A stretch of 64,000 bases of DNA from Oscillospiraceae bacterium (GTDB lineage Bacteria > Bacillota > Clostridia > UMGS1810): contig SVKG01000001.1 of the NCBI GenBank assembly GCA_015068565.1, forward strand, positions 2,710 through 66,709, read 5' to 3'. The position numbers and the translations under genes are program-made. Of the stretch, positions 1 to 8,448 are shown in pieces. The first letter of the stretch is position 1, and each line of letters opens with the position of its first letter. The notes under the pieces were generated by a model, which did no database searches, was not told the DNA's origin, and saw nothing but the letters and a program-made list of their open reading frames with translations.

Positions 1-477
<477 letters not shown>

Positions 478-481
478 CTTT

Positions 482-515
482 AAAAGGCTGAACAAATCAA
501 CTGTTCAGCCTTTTT
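482..515. terminator. bidirectional rho-independent terminator between tgt and the ABC permease gene
   Basis: Stem ggctgaaca (486-494) / tgttcagcc (502-510), flanked by an A-run and a T-run. Confidence 0.7.
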
Positions 516-527
516 GTCATAGATAAA

Positions 528-1358
528 TTATCCCTTGACCGCTCCGTCTGCCACGCCCCGTACAATATATTTTTGCAAAAACAGAAACACCGTCACAATA
601 GGCACAATAGAAATCAGCACCGCGGGGAATATGAGTTCCCAGGGGTTACCGAACTGTCCGGCGGTCATCCTTGCAAAGTAGAGTTCCAGAGTAAGGGTAC
701 GGTTGCTGCCGTTACCTATTACGAGGAAAGGCAAAAGGTAGTCGTTCCATATCCACAGGGCGTTTAGTATTATAACCGTTGCAGTGGTGGATTTCATAAG
801 CGGAAATATTACAGAAAAAAACATCCGCATGGCACCTGCTCCGTCAATTAGTGCCGCCTCCTCTATGCCTCTCGGAATGCTTTTGGCAAAGCCGTGGTAT
901 AAAAACACCGAAAGGCTGAGTCCGAATCCGCCGTACATTATTATAAGTCCGGTTATGTTTTTAAGACCTGCCGTCTCAAATATTGACAGCAGCGGATACA
1001 TAACCGCCTGAAAGGGTATGAGCATTGCCGCCGTAAACATATACAGTGCCAACGACGAAAGACGGGTTTTGCTTCTGGCAATTATCCACCCCGCAAGTGA
1101 TGATACAAGCACAATCAATGCAACCGACAGCACCGTTACAACAAAGGTTATCGTAAGCGACCTGAAAAAGTCTATCTCCCCCGCCGCCCTTATGATATAG
1201 CCGATATTCCACTGCTCAGGCAAAGCAGTGGGAGACCCGATTATCTCCGATTGTGTTTTAAAGGAGTTTATAAACAGAAACGCCAAAGGTGACAGAGTGA
1301 CGGCTGAAAGTACAGTCAGCACTACATACAGTATTGCAAGGTTTGTTTTTTTCTTCAA
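528..1358 (-). CDS. carbohydrate ABC transporter permease (MalG/BPD_transp_1 type)
   Basis: 276-aa multi-TM ORF containing the EAA-loop-like segment IEEAALIDGAG. Overlaps the upstream permease gene by 4 nt. Confidence 0.85.
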   Translation of the reverse strand: MKKKTNLAILYVVLTVLSAVTLSPLAFLFINSFKTQSEIIGSPTALPEQWNIGYIIRAAGEIDFFRSLTITFVVTVLSVALIVLVSSLAGWIIARSKTRLSSLALYMFTAAMLIPFQAVMYPLLSIFETAGLKNITGLIIMYGGFGLSLSVFLYHGFAKSIPRGIEEAALIDGAGAMRMFFSVIFPLMKSTTATVIILNALWIWNDYLLPFLVIGNGSNRTLTLELYFARMTAGQFGNPWELIFPAVLISIVPIVTVFLFLQKYIVRGVADGAVKG

Positions 1359-2251
1359 CTAAGTTCCACCTCTCTGCGTTTTGTAACCGAAAGTTGTATT
1401 AAAGTGACGGCGGCAATCAGAACAAAAAATATTACCGCCTGTGCCTGTGCCATTCCGTAATCGGGAGGAGCAGTATCCCGTGTGGTACGCAGAATCTGCA
1501 TGGCAAGGAGACGGGTATTGAAGTTGCCGTCGGTAAGTGCCACGTTCTGGTCGAGAAGTTTAAAGCAGTTGGCAAGGGTTAAGAAAAACACTATGGTTAT
1601 TGCCGGCATCAGCATAGGCAGAGTTATCACCTTAAACTGTTGGAGTTTACCTGCGCCGTCTATCTGTGCCGCTTCATAGAGGTCTGCGGGGATGTTGTTT
1701 AGTCCTGTTATATATATTATCATCATATACCCCGCCATCTGCCACGTTACCATAAACACAAGGGCAATCAAAGCCTTGTTGCTGTCTTGCAGCATATTGG
1801 TAAGAAAAGGTATGCTTACAATACCGTTGGCGCCGAACAGAATATCGGAAAACACATTCTGGAATATAAACTGCCAGATAAACCCCAGTGCAAGACCGCC
1901 CAGCAGATTAGGCAGAAAAAACACCGTTCTGTATACTCCTGCTCCCTGCCTTACCGATGTTACCATAAGGGCAAGGACAAGCGCCACCACGTTAATCACC
2001 ACAACCGCTAAAAGGGTAAACTTTACCGTATAGAAAAATGCATTTGTAAATCTTGGGTTTTTAAATGCGGCAATATAGTTATCAAACCCCACAAAGGACT
2101 CAAACACACCGCCACCGGCAAAATAAGTGCCCCGCCAGGAGGTAAAGGAGTATAAAACACCCGCCGCGAAGGGTATCACAATTACGGCAAAAAACAAAAT
2201 AGCAGCAGGTGTAACCACCGGCAGAAACCACTTCTTGTAATACTTGTCCAT
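1355..2251 (-). CDS. carbohydrate ABC transporter permease (MalF type)
   Basis: 298-aa multi-TM ORF with EAA-loop LYEAAQIDGAG. In an operon with the binding protein and the second permease. Confidence 0.85.
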   Translation of the reverse strand: MDKYYKKWFLPVVTPAAILFFAVIVIPFAAGVLYSFTSWRGTYFAGGGVFESFVGFDNYIAAFKNPRFTNAFFYTVKFTLLAVVVINVVALVLALMVTSVRQGAGVYRTVFFLPNLLGGLALGFIWQFIFQNVFSDILFGANGIVSIPFLTNMLQDSNKALIALVFMVTWQMAGYMMIIYITGLNNIPADLYEAAQIDGAGKLQQFKVITLPMLMPAITIVFFLTLANCFKLLDQNVALTDGNFNTRLLAMQILRTTRDTAPPDYGMAQAQAVIFFVLIAAVTLIQLSVTKRREVELS

Positions 2252-2279
2252 CAGTAATCAATCCTTTTCACAGTTGACC

Positions 2280-3764
2280 TTATTTCAAACCTGCCATCTC
2301 TTTCCATTTGTTTATGGCGTTGTCCGCTATGGCTTTGTAGTCTTCTTCTGTCCACTTTTCTTTGATGAGGTATTTTTCCATAATATCAAGACCTACCACA
2401 TCTGTTGTCCATGTCACAGGCGCTCCGCCGTAGGGGTTGGATATCACATCGCCTGACTCCATATACCTTATGATGGATTCGCCCAGACTGTTATCGAGTT
2501 CAATGTCCTGGTGGTCGGCGTTATAAGGGATAAACGCCATCTCCTCTACAACAAATTTCTGCCCCGTCTCCGAGGTATTTAACCATACAAGAAAATCCAT
2601 GGCAGTCTGTTTTTGCTCTTCTGTCGCTTTTGCATTTATTGCATAGTAGTTAGGAACATATACACTGATTGAACGGTTAAGTTTATCCGCTGTCATACCC
2701 TCTGCCGTTACGGCTGCATCGGATATGGGCAGTTTAACAGGTATAAATTCCAGTGTTTCCACTATATCGCCGTTCGCCTTTTCGATATTTGTATACGCCC
2801 AGTTACCCTGCTTGATAAAGAGCGCTTTGCTGTCTGCAAAAAGTTGTACTGCCGAATCGTAATTTGCTGTTGTGGTATTTATAAAATCAGCACCACGGGC
2901 AAGTGGTCCGTTTTTACCCGCTGCATAGGTGGTCTTGAAATCCAACGCCCTCGCATAGGAAAGCATCGGCTCTCTCAGTGACTCTATCTGCTTCTCCGTC
3001 GCGGCAGCCGCCTCGGCAGGGTTTGAAAACACAGCGTTGAGCGCTACGTTTATCATATGGTCGCCGTAAGTCCATTTATCTGCACCCGCCACGGCAAACA
3101 CACCTGTAAGTTTACCTGCAAGTTCTGCTTTTTCGGGACGCAGATTATAAGTTGTTCCGCTTAAAGTAACAGATGACGCTGTGCCCTCTTTTATATATTT
3201 ATCCACAGCCTCTACAAGGCTCTGGAACTCCTCATAACTTGCAGTCCTCACATCTTTGATAAATCCTGAGGACGCTCCGTCGCCGAAAAGAGCGTCTACC
3301 ATACGGGTATCGACAATATATCCGTATCCTTCCACGTTATAAGGAATACCGTAACTGTTTGTCCCGTCAGAGGTAAGGCGCATATTCTCCGGTACGGCAT
3401 CTGCGAGGTCTTTGAACTTGCCCTGCCCCACAGTGTTAAAATCGAGCACATAGCCGCCCTCTTCCCATTCTTTAAGTTCCTGAATGTTCACTATCGAAAA
3501 AATAGTGGGCATATTCTTTGAGTTCATCTCCGCACGGAGCGTATCTATACTGCTTGTACCGCTGCCGAGAGAAAAGGTTTTTACCTTTTTGCCCGTCTCA
3601 TTCTCAAACTCCTTTGCAGCCGCAGCCAATGCCGTAGCACTCTCGCCCTTGCCGTTAAAGATATACAAATCCTGTCCGGCTCTTTCCATTCCGCATCCGC
3701 AAAGGCATGAAAAACACATTACAACTGCCAAACACATACAAAATATTCTGGCGGTATTTTTCAT
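2280..3764 (-). CDS. ABC transporter extracellular solute-binding lipoprotein (sugar-binding family)
   Basis: Start moved to the internal ATG (MKNTARIF...), preceded by GGAAAGGGG. Signal peptide ends in the lipobox LCGCG. Lies directly upstream of the two permeases. Confidence 0.8.
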   Translation of the reverse strand: MKNTARIFCMCLAVVMCFSCLCGCGMERAGQDLYIFNGKGESATALAAAAKEFENETGKKVKTFSLGSGTSSIDTLRAEMNSKNMPTIFSIVNIQELKEWEEGGYVLDFNTVGQGKFKDLADAVPENMRLTSDGTNSYGIPYNVEGYGYIVDTRMVDALFGDGASSGFIKDVRTASYEEFQSLVEAVDKYIKEGTASSVTLSGTTYNLRPEKAELAGKLTGVFAVAGADKWTYGDHMINVALNAVFSNPAEAAAATEKQIESLREPMLSYARALDFKTTYAAGKNGPLARGADFINTTTANYDSAVQLFADSKALFIKQGNWAYTNIEKANGDIVETLEFIPVKLPISDAAVTAEGMTADKLNRSISVYVPNYYAINAKATEEQKQTAMDFLVWLNTSETGQKFVVEEMAFIPYNADHQDIELDNSLGESIIRYMESGDVISNPYGGAPVTWTTDVVGLDIMEKYLIKEKWTEEDYKAIADNAINKWKEMAGLK

Positions 3765-3796
3765 TGTTATTCCCCTTTCCAATTTATATTTATAAA

Positions 3797-3834
3797 TAAA
3801 AAAACCGTATGAGATATAATGTTCCCATACGGTT
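3797..3834 (-). terminator. rho-independent terminator after the DUF4364-like gene
   Basis: Stem aaccgtatg (3803-3811) / catacggtt (3826-3834), followed on the minus strand by a T-run. Confidence 0.65.
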
Positions 3835-3860
3835 AGTGTTGAATATTTATTAAAGATTAT

Positions 3861-4466
3861 TCATTCAAATTTATCTTCTATATCTGTTAATTCTTCCATA
3901 TTTTCCAAATCGAGTTTGTCATAATTGAAATCTATGGCTTTTATAACCTGCAAATACATCAGGCTTGTGTGGTCTTTAAAATTGCGGACAATCTTTTTGG
4001 CTCGTTCCTTGTCGCCCACATACATCTCAAATTTTAAAAGCGGAATCCTGTCCTCGGTAATTTCTGCCTTAACAAGATATTCCTCCTCGTTTACAGGCAC
4101 TATTGAAGCGTCAAGTTTGTTGCCGCTTAAAACGTCTTTGTTTATCCTGTCAATCTCCTGCTGCATCCTGATACGCACACTGCGCAGAAGCCTTTCGCCA
4201 AAAAACCCCAGCGTTTCGCTGCCCTGCTGTGTGAGCGAGAACACCGTCTGTCCGTCGTAGTGCAGTTCCTCGATGTTTCCGCTGTCTATAAGGTCCGATA
4301 TCGGCACCGTAAGCAGACAGTAACTCACATCTGCCGCAGCACTCAAAACATGAAAAATACGGGTGTAGGTGGCACTGACTTTCAGTTTGCCAACAGCATA
4401 CAACACCATAAGTTTTATATCTTCATCATTTTCAGCAGGTCTGTACTTTAACGGTTCCATATCCAT
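3861..4466 (-). CDS. conserved hypothetical protein, DUF4364-like (recognised from memory only)
   Basis: 201-aa ORF with no recognisable catalytic motif. Sits directly downstream of the HPr-like gene on the same strand. Confidence 0.5.
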   Translation of the reverse strand: MDMEPLKYRPAENDEDIKLMVLYAVGKLKVSATYTRIFHVLSAAADVSYCLLTVPISDLIDSGNIEELHYDGQTVFSLTQQGSETLGFFGERLLRSVRIRMQQEIDRINKDVLSGNKLDASIVPVNEEEYLVKAEITEDRIPLLKFEMYVGDKERAKKIVRNFKDHTSLMYLQVIKAIDFNYDKLDLENMEELTDIEDKFE

Positions 4467-4518
4467 CTCCTTATAAACAATGGCGTGGCTCTTTTACAAA
4501 AGTCACGCCGCCCATTCA

Positions 4519-4752
4519 TTAACCCTCTATAAAAAATGGCTTTAACTCTTTCATTATCTCTCCGGTATCATCCGAATGGATTTCAACCATAATCGGCTTG
4601 GCAAGGTCTAAACTGAATATTCCCATAATAGACTTTGCGTCAACGACATATCTGCCGGAGGTCAGGTCAATATCAAAGTCGTATTTGCTTACAATGTTGA
4701 CAAACTTTTTGACGTCACTGATTGAATTGAGCATTACATCTACTGCTACCAA
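4519..4752 (-). CDS. HPr-family (Crh-like) protein lacking the His15 phospho-site
   Basis: The 77-aa translation aligns to HPr across SKYD..D..L....VDAKSIMGIFSL (Ser46 motif KSIMG kept). The GIHARPA His15 region is replaced by ISDVKKF. Confidence 0.7.
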   Translation of the reverse strand: MVAVDVMLNSISDVKKFVNIVSKYDFDIDLTSGRYVVDAKSIMGIFSLDLAKPIMVEIHSDDTGEIMKELKPFFIEG

Positions 4753-4823
4753 ATTAAACGCCTCCTTTGAATTTTCTTTTTATATTTTACCCTTTTTTTG
4801 AAAAAAAGTCAATTTAATTTCTA

Positions 4824-4851
4824 TTGAATTTTTCCGGGATTGGTGTATAAT
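4824..4851 (+). promoter_or_regulatory. sigma-A type promoter candidate for mtaB
   Basis: TTGAAT (4824-4829), 16-nt spacer, TATAAT (4846-4851). Lies about 30 nt upstream of the mtaB start. Confidence 0.5.
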
Positions 4852-4882
4852 TATTATGTAATGTTTACACAGGAGTTTTTTT

Positions 4883-6181
4883 ATGAACAAAACAGTGGCT
4901 TTTCACACCTTGGGCTGCAAGGTGAACCAATACGAAACCGAGGCTATGGCGGAACTTTTTGCCGATGCCGGATTTACAGTTGTGCCCTTTGATAGCGTGG
5001 CGGGGGTATACGTTATAAACACCTGTACGGTAACAGGGATGAGCGACAGGAAATCACGGCAGATGATACACCGTGCAAAGGCTCTTAATCCCGATGCCGT
5101 TATTGCGGTAGCAGGATGTTACAGCCAGGTGTCGCCACAAGATGTTAAAGACACAGGCGCCCACGTTGTAGTAGGCAACGAGAATAAGGCAAAAATAGTA
5201 CAACTGGTTACAGACGCGATAAAGGGCGTGGAAAACAGCGATGTTTCCGATATTATGAAGGCACGGACATTTGAGGATATGCACATTTCCTCTTTTGGAG
5301 AAAAAACACGTGCCTTTGTCAAAATTGAGGACGGATGCAATTCGTTTTGTTCCTATTGCATTATCCCCTACGCCAGAGGACCCGTGCGCAGCAGACCGCT
5401 GGAAAGTATCGTTGACGAAGTGTCGGTTCTTGCAAAAAACGGATTCAGCGAAGTGGTGCTTACAGGTATACATATAGCATCCTACGGTCTTGATATACCC
5501 GATGAGCAAATCAATCTTGGTGATGTTATCAAGTCCGTTCACGGAATTGACGGCATCAAAAGGATACGCCTTGGTTCAATAGAGCCGAGAATCCTTACAG
5601 AGGATTTTGTAAAAAAACTGGCATCACTGCCAAAAGTATGCAATCATTTTCATATATCCGTACAAAGCGGTTGTGACGAAACCCTTTCAAGAATGAACAG
5701 AAAATACGATACCGCACTTTTCAGGCAGGTGGTCAAAAACATCCGCAAATACATACCCGACAGTGCCATCACAACTGATATAATGGTGGGCTTTCCCGGT
5801 GAAACGGAGGAAGAATTTGAAAAATCCCTTGCCTTTTTAAAGGATATTGCTTTTGCGGAGGCTCACGTTTTTGCATATTCAAACAGACCCGGCACAAGAG
5901 CCGATAAATTTGACGGTCAGGTAAAAAGAAAAGAAAAATCCCGTCGTGCCGCAATTATGGCTGCTGCGGCAGGTGAATGTAAGGAAAATTTCCTCGCAGG
6001 GTTTGTGGGCAGGACAGTTTCCGTTCTTTTTGAACAGGAAGTGTCAGACGGCGTGTACGAGGGTCATACCTCAAATTATATAACAGTGCATATTTTGTCC
6101 GACAAAAATATCGTCCGTCAATATGCCGATGTCATCATAGACAGAATTGAAAACGGTATCGCGTACGGAACGCTTTGCTGA
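4883..6181 (+). CDS. mtaB: tRNA t6A37 methylthiotransferase MtaB (radical SAM, MiaB-like)
   Basis: 432 aa. N-terminal UPF0004 Cys triad, radical-SAM CNSFCSYC motif and C-terminal TRAM-like region. Confidence 0.8.
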   Translation: MNKTVAFHTLGCKVNQYETEAMAELFADAGFTVVPFDSVAGVYVINTCTVTGMSDRKSRQMIHRAKALNPDAVIAVAGCYSQVSPQDVKDTGAHVVVGNENKAKIVQLVTDAIKGVENSDVSDIMKARTFEDMHISSFGEKTRAFVKIEDGCNSFCSYCIIPYARGPVRSRPLESIVDEVSVLAKNGFSEVVLTGIHIASYGLDIPDEQINLGDVIKSVHGIDGIKRIRLGSIEPRILTEDFVKKLASLPKVCNHFHISVQSGCDETLSRMNRKYDTALFRQVVKNIRKYIPDSAITTDIMVGFPGETEEEFEKSLAFLKDIAFAEAHVFAYSNRPGTRADKFDGQVKRKEKSRRAAIMAAAAGECKENFLAGFVGRTVSVLFEQEVSDGVYEGHTSNYITVHILSDKNIVRQYADVIIDRIENGIAYGTLC

Positions 6182-6211
6182 TTTATCTTATCTACAAAGG
6201 AGATGTTTATT

Positions 6212-7372
6212 ATGAAAAAGTTTATTGCCTTACTGCTGATGGTATTTTGCCTCACAACTCAGGCAGTTTATGCCGCACCGCCGACAGACAACACAACTGA
6301 CCTTGCAAACGCGCTGTATCAGTTCGGTTTGTTCAGAGGTACCGGCACTGACAGCAACGGTAATCCCGTTTACAGCCTTGAACAGTCCTCAACACGTCAG
6401 GAGGCTGTTGTTATGCTTATCCGTTTGCTGGGCAAAGAGATAGAGGCACTCACCTGCACAGGTATACAGCCGTTTGCCGATGTAGACGGCTGGGCATCAA
6501 GATACGTTGCTTACGCTTATCAGGAAAGCCTTGCCAATGGTATAAGCATGGAATATTTCGGCGCAAACGAAAAAATTACACCACAGCAGTTTATAACCTT
6601 TTTGCTGAGAGCATTGGGTTACAGCGAAATGGATAATGATTTCTCCTATGCAAACGCGCTGAAATTTGCCGACGGATTAGGCCTTACACAAGGTAAATAC
6701 TCTTTAAGCGGCACCTTTACCCGTGGCGATATGGTGTGGCTGTCGTCAAGCGCACTCCTTACAACCACCAAAGACGGCATCCCCCTTATAATAGAGTTGA
6801 AAAACAGAGAGGCTGTTTCCAGTGCACAATACTATGCCGGTACTCACACTCTTGCCACCTCGATACTTGCCGATGAATACCGTCGTGTAAAATTTAACGG
6901 CCACAATGTTGATATTGCCTCTTTAAGAGAAACCCCCGCAACAGGTCAATACGATGGATATGTCCGCCTGAGGGGATATACGGGAGATAATGTTTTTCAG
7001 ATTTATTTTATTGACGAGGAAGATATAAAAACCGTCTACACCCCCGACACTTCAAAAGTTATCACCTGGCACGACGGCAAACAAACCAGACAGAGCACCG
7101 TAAGTGAATGTCACAGCTTTTTTATCAGCGGACAACTGCGCGGTATTGCCCAGGGTAATTACTCGTCCTGGATGGAGAAAACTTTCGGCTCGGTATATAC
7201 CGACTGGGTATTCGGTCAAAAATTGCTTGAAGACTCTGCAAAATTGCTGGTTACAAGATTTGTAAACATCTCAAACGGCATCAGATACGAAAGTGTCGAA
7301 GGGTGGACAAGCCCCGAAGACGTACTTGGTTTGTCTGATTATATCGCTTCCACGTCCGATATGTTGGATTAA
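6212..7372 (+). CDS. secreted protein with SLH-like repeats and an uncharacterised C-terminal domain
   Basis: Start placed at the second ATG (AAGGAG 9 nt upstream). Signal peptide ends ..AVYA. Two SLH-like repeats (e.g. FADVDGWASRYVAYAYQESLANG..ITPQQFITFLLRALGY). Confidence 0.6.
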   Translation: MKKFIALLLMVFCLTTQAVYAAPPTDNTTDLANALYQFGLFRGTGTDSNGNPVYSLEQSSTRQEAVVMLIRLLGKEIEALTCTGIQPFADVDGWASRYVAYAYQESLANGISMEYFGANEKITPQQFITFLLRALGYSEMDNDFSYANALKFADGLGLTQGKYSLSGTFTRGDMVWLSSSALLTTTKDGIPLIIELKNREAVSSAQYYAGTHTLATSILADEYRRVKFNGHNVDIASLRETPATGQYDGYVRLRGYTGDNVFQIYFIDEEDIKTVYTPDTSKVITWHDGKQTRQSTVSECHSFFISGQLRGIAQGNYSSWMEKTFGSVYTDWVFGQKLLEDSAKLLVTRFVNISNGIRYESVEGWTSPEDVLGLSDYIASTSDMLD

Positions 7373-7424
7373 AAAAGAGAGGCAGCATTGGTTTTGGAGT
7401 CGGACTCTCAATTTATACTTTGTC

Positions 7425-7460
7425 AAAAACCCCGAAATACCGGTGTATTTCGGGGTTTTT
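7425..7460. terminator. bidirectional rho-independent terminator
   Basis: 11-bp stem ccccgaaatac (7430-7440) / gtatttcgggg (7445-7455), flanked by AAAAA and TTTTT. Confidence 0.8.
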
Positions 7461-7478
7461 ATATTGCTTGATATTGTT

Positions 7479-7877
7479 TTAATCCAGACAGAGTTTTTCC
7501 TCTAAAATCTTAACCGCATCTTCTATACAGCCGTCACAGGAGCGCAGTTGTTTGTCCTTTATTTCACCGCAGAGGGTTGTGCCGATTCTTGATTCAAACT
7601 CACCCATAAGTTCACGGGCAACGGCGTAACTTTGTTTTTTGTTTGTTTCGGGCAAAGGTTGTATACCCTTACTGTGCAAAGCACCTACCACAAACACCAT
7701 ACCGCTTACCGCTCCGCACACGCCACGGGTACCGCCCATACCGCCGCCGAAAGCCTCCGTCAGTCTGAAAATATCGTCCTCACTCAGATTTGTCTTGTCT
7801 GCAAAGGCACACGCAACCGCCTGAGCACAGTTGTAGCCTTTTTTGTGATTTTCTACTGCTTTTTCCCATCTGGTCAT
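7479..7877 (-). CDS. C_GCAxxG_C_C family protein (putative redox-active)
   Basis: 132 aa with the NCAQAV and CGAVSG signature spacing typical of this family. Confidence 0.75.
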   Translation of the reverse strand: MTRWEKAVENHKKGYNCAQAVACAFADKTNLSEDDIFRLTEAFGGGMGGTRGVCGAVSGMVFVVGALHSKGIQPLPETNKKQSYAVARELMGEFESRIGTTLCGEIKDKQLRSCDGCIEDAVKILEEKLCLD

Positions 7878-7910
7878 AGGCTTTCTCCTTTTTTAACCAT
7901 TCATATAAAT

Positions 7911-7939
7911 ATGATAACAGATATCGTGGAGTAGTGCAA
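7911..7939 (-). promoter_or_regulatory. sigma-A type promoter candidate for the C_GCAxxG_C_C gene
   Basis: Minus strand reads TTGCAC (7939-7934), 17-nt spacer, TATCAT (7916-7911). Confidence 0.4.
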
Positions 7940-7945
7940 TATCTA

Positions 7946-8055
7946 TGTGAAATAAAATAAATCCTTTATCACACGCCGCAAGGCGTATTTCACATTGCGA
8001 AGCAATATTTCGCGCCCGAAGGGTATTTCACAAATCCTGAAAGGATTTATTTCAT
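7946..8055. repeat. tandem array of four short-hairpin + TATTTC(A/G)(C/T) units plus one inverted octamer copy; function unknown
   Basis: TATTTC starts at 7986, 8006, 8024 and 8048. Each copy is preceded by a 3-5 bp hairpin with a GAA- or GCAA-containing loop. An inverted TGTGAAATA lies at 7946-7954. A 13-nt inverted repeat (7955-7967 / 8040-8052) brackets the array. Confidence 0.6.
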
Positions 8056-8057
8056 TG

Positions 8058-8089
8058 AAAAAAGCACTTACTTTCGTAAGTGCTTTTTT
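8058..8089 (-). terminator. rho-independent terminator of the tRNA operon (also hairpin + T-run on the plus strand)
   Basis: Stem aagcactta (8062-8070) / taagtgctt (8077-8085), with an A-run upstream and a T-run downstream. Confidence 0.8.
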
Positions 8090-8093
8090 CTGC

Positions 8094-8175
8094 TGGGAGG
8101 AGATGGATTCGAACCATCGAAGGCGGAGCCAACAGATTTACAGTCTGCCCCCTTTGGCCACTCGGGAACCCTCCC
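8094..8175 (-). tRNA. tRNA-Tyr (GUA), class II with long variable arm
   Basis: Minus strand: acceptor GGGAGGG/TCCTCCC, anticodon loop CU-GUA-AA, variable stem GGC/GCC, T-arm GATGG-TTCGAAT-CCATC. No encoded CCA. Confidence 0.9.
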
Positions 8176-8200
8176 ATATATTAAATTTTAAAAAAAGAAA

Positions 8201-8273
8201 AGCTGGTGGCAGGACTTGAACCTGTAACCTGCTGATTACAAATCAGCTGCTCTACCGATTGAGCTACACCAGC
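8201..8273 (-). tRNA. tRNA-Thr (UGU)
   Basis: Minus strand: acceptor GCTGGTG/CACCAGC, D-arm GCTC/GAGC, anticodon stem GCTGA/TCAGC with loop TT-TGT-AA, T-loop TTCAAGT. One A-C mismatch at the base of the T stem. Confidence 0.85.
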
Positions 8274-8349
8274 AAATCCGAATACAATAATAACATAAGC
8301 CGTATTCATTGTCAAGAACTTTTTTTCTTTTTTTCAAAAAAAGTTTAAA

Positions 8350-8422
8350 TCGGAGTGACAGGGGTCGAACCTGCGGCCTCATGGTCCCAAACCACGCGCG
8401 CTACCAACTGCGCCACACCCCG
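8350..8422 (-). tRNA. tRNA-Pro (UGG)
   Basis: Minus strand: acceptor CGGGGTG/CACTCCG, D-arm GCGC/GCGC, anticodon loop TT-TGG-GA, T-arm GCAGG-TTCGACC-CCTGT. 73 nt, no encoded CCA. Confidence 0.9.
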
Positions 8423-8448
8423 AAGCATATAGCGTATGCTTTAATATT

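Noticed and set aside
7946-8055. Considered whether the short repeat array is a CRISPR array, or Rex/CRP-FNR or DnaA-box sites
   Set aside because: It is not CRISPR-like: the units are only 18-24 nt with an 8-nt constant part, and no cas genes are present. TGTGAAATA contains a Rex/CRP-type TGTGA half-site, but no TTGTGAA-N4-TTCACAA or TGTGA-N6-TCACA palindrome exists. It differs from the DnaA box TGTGGATAA at several positions. It is kept as an unexplained repeat finding only.
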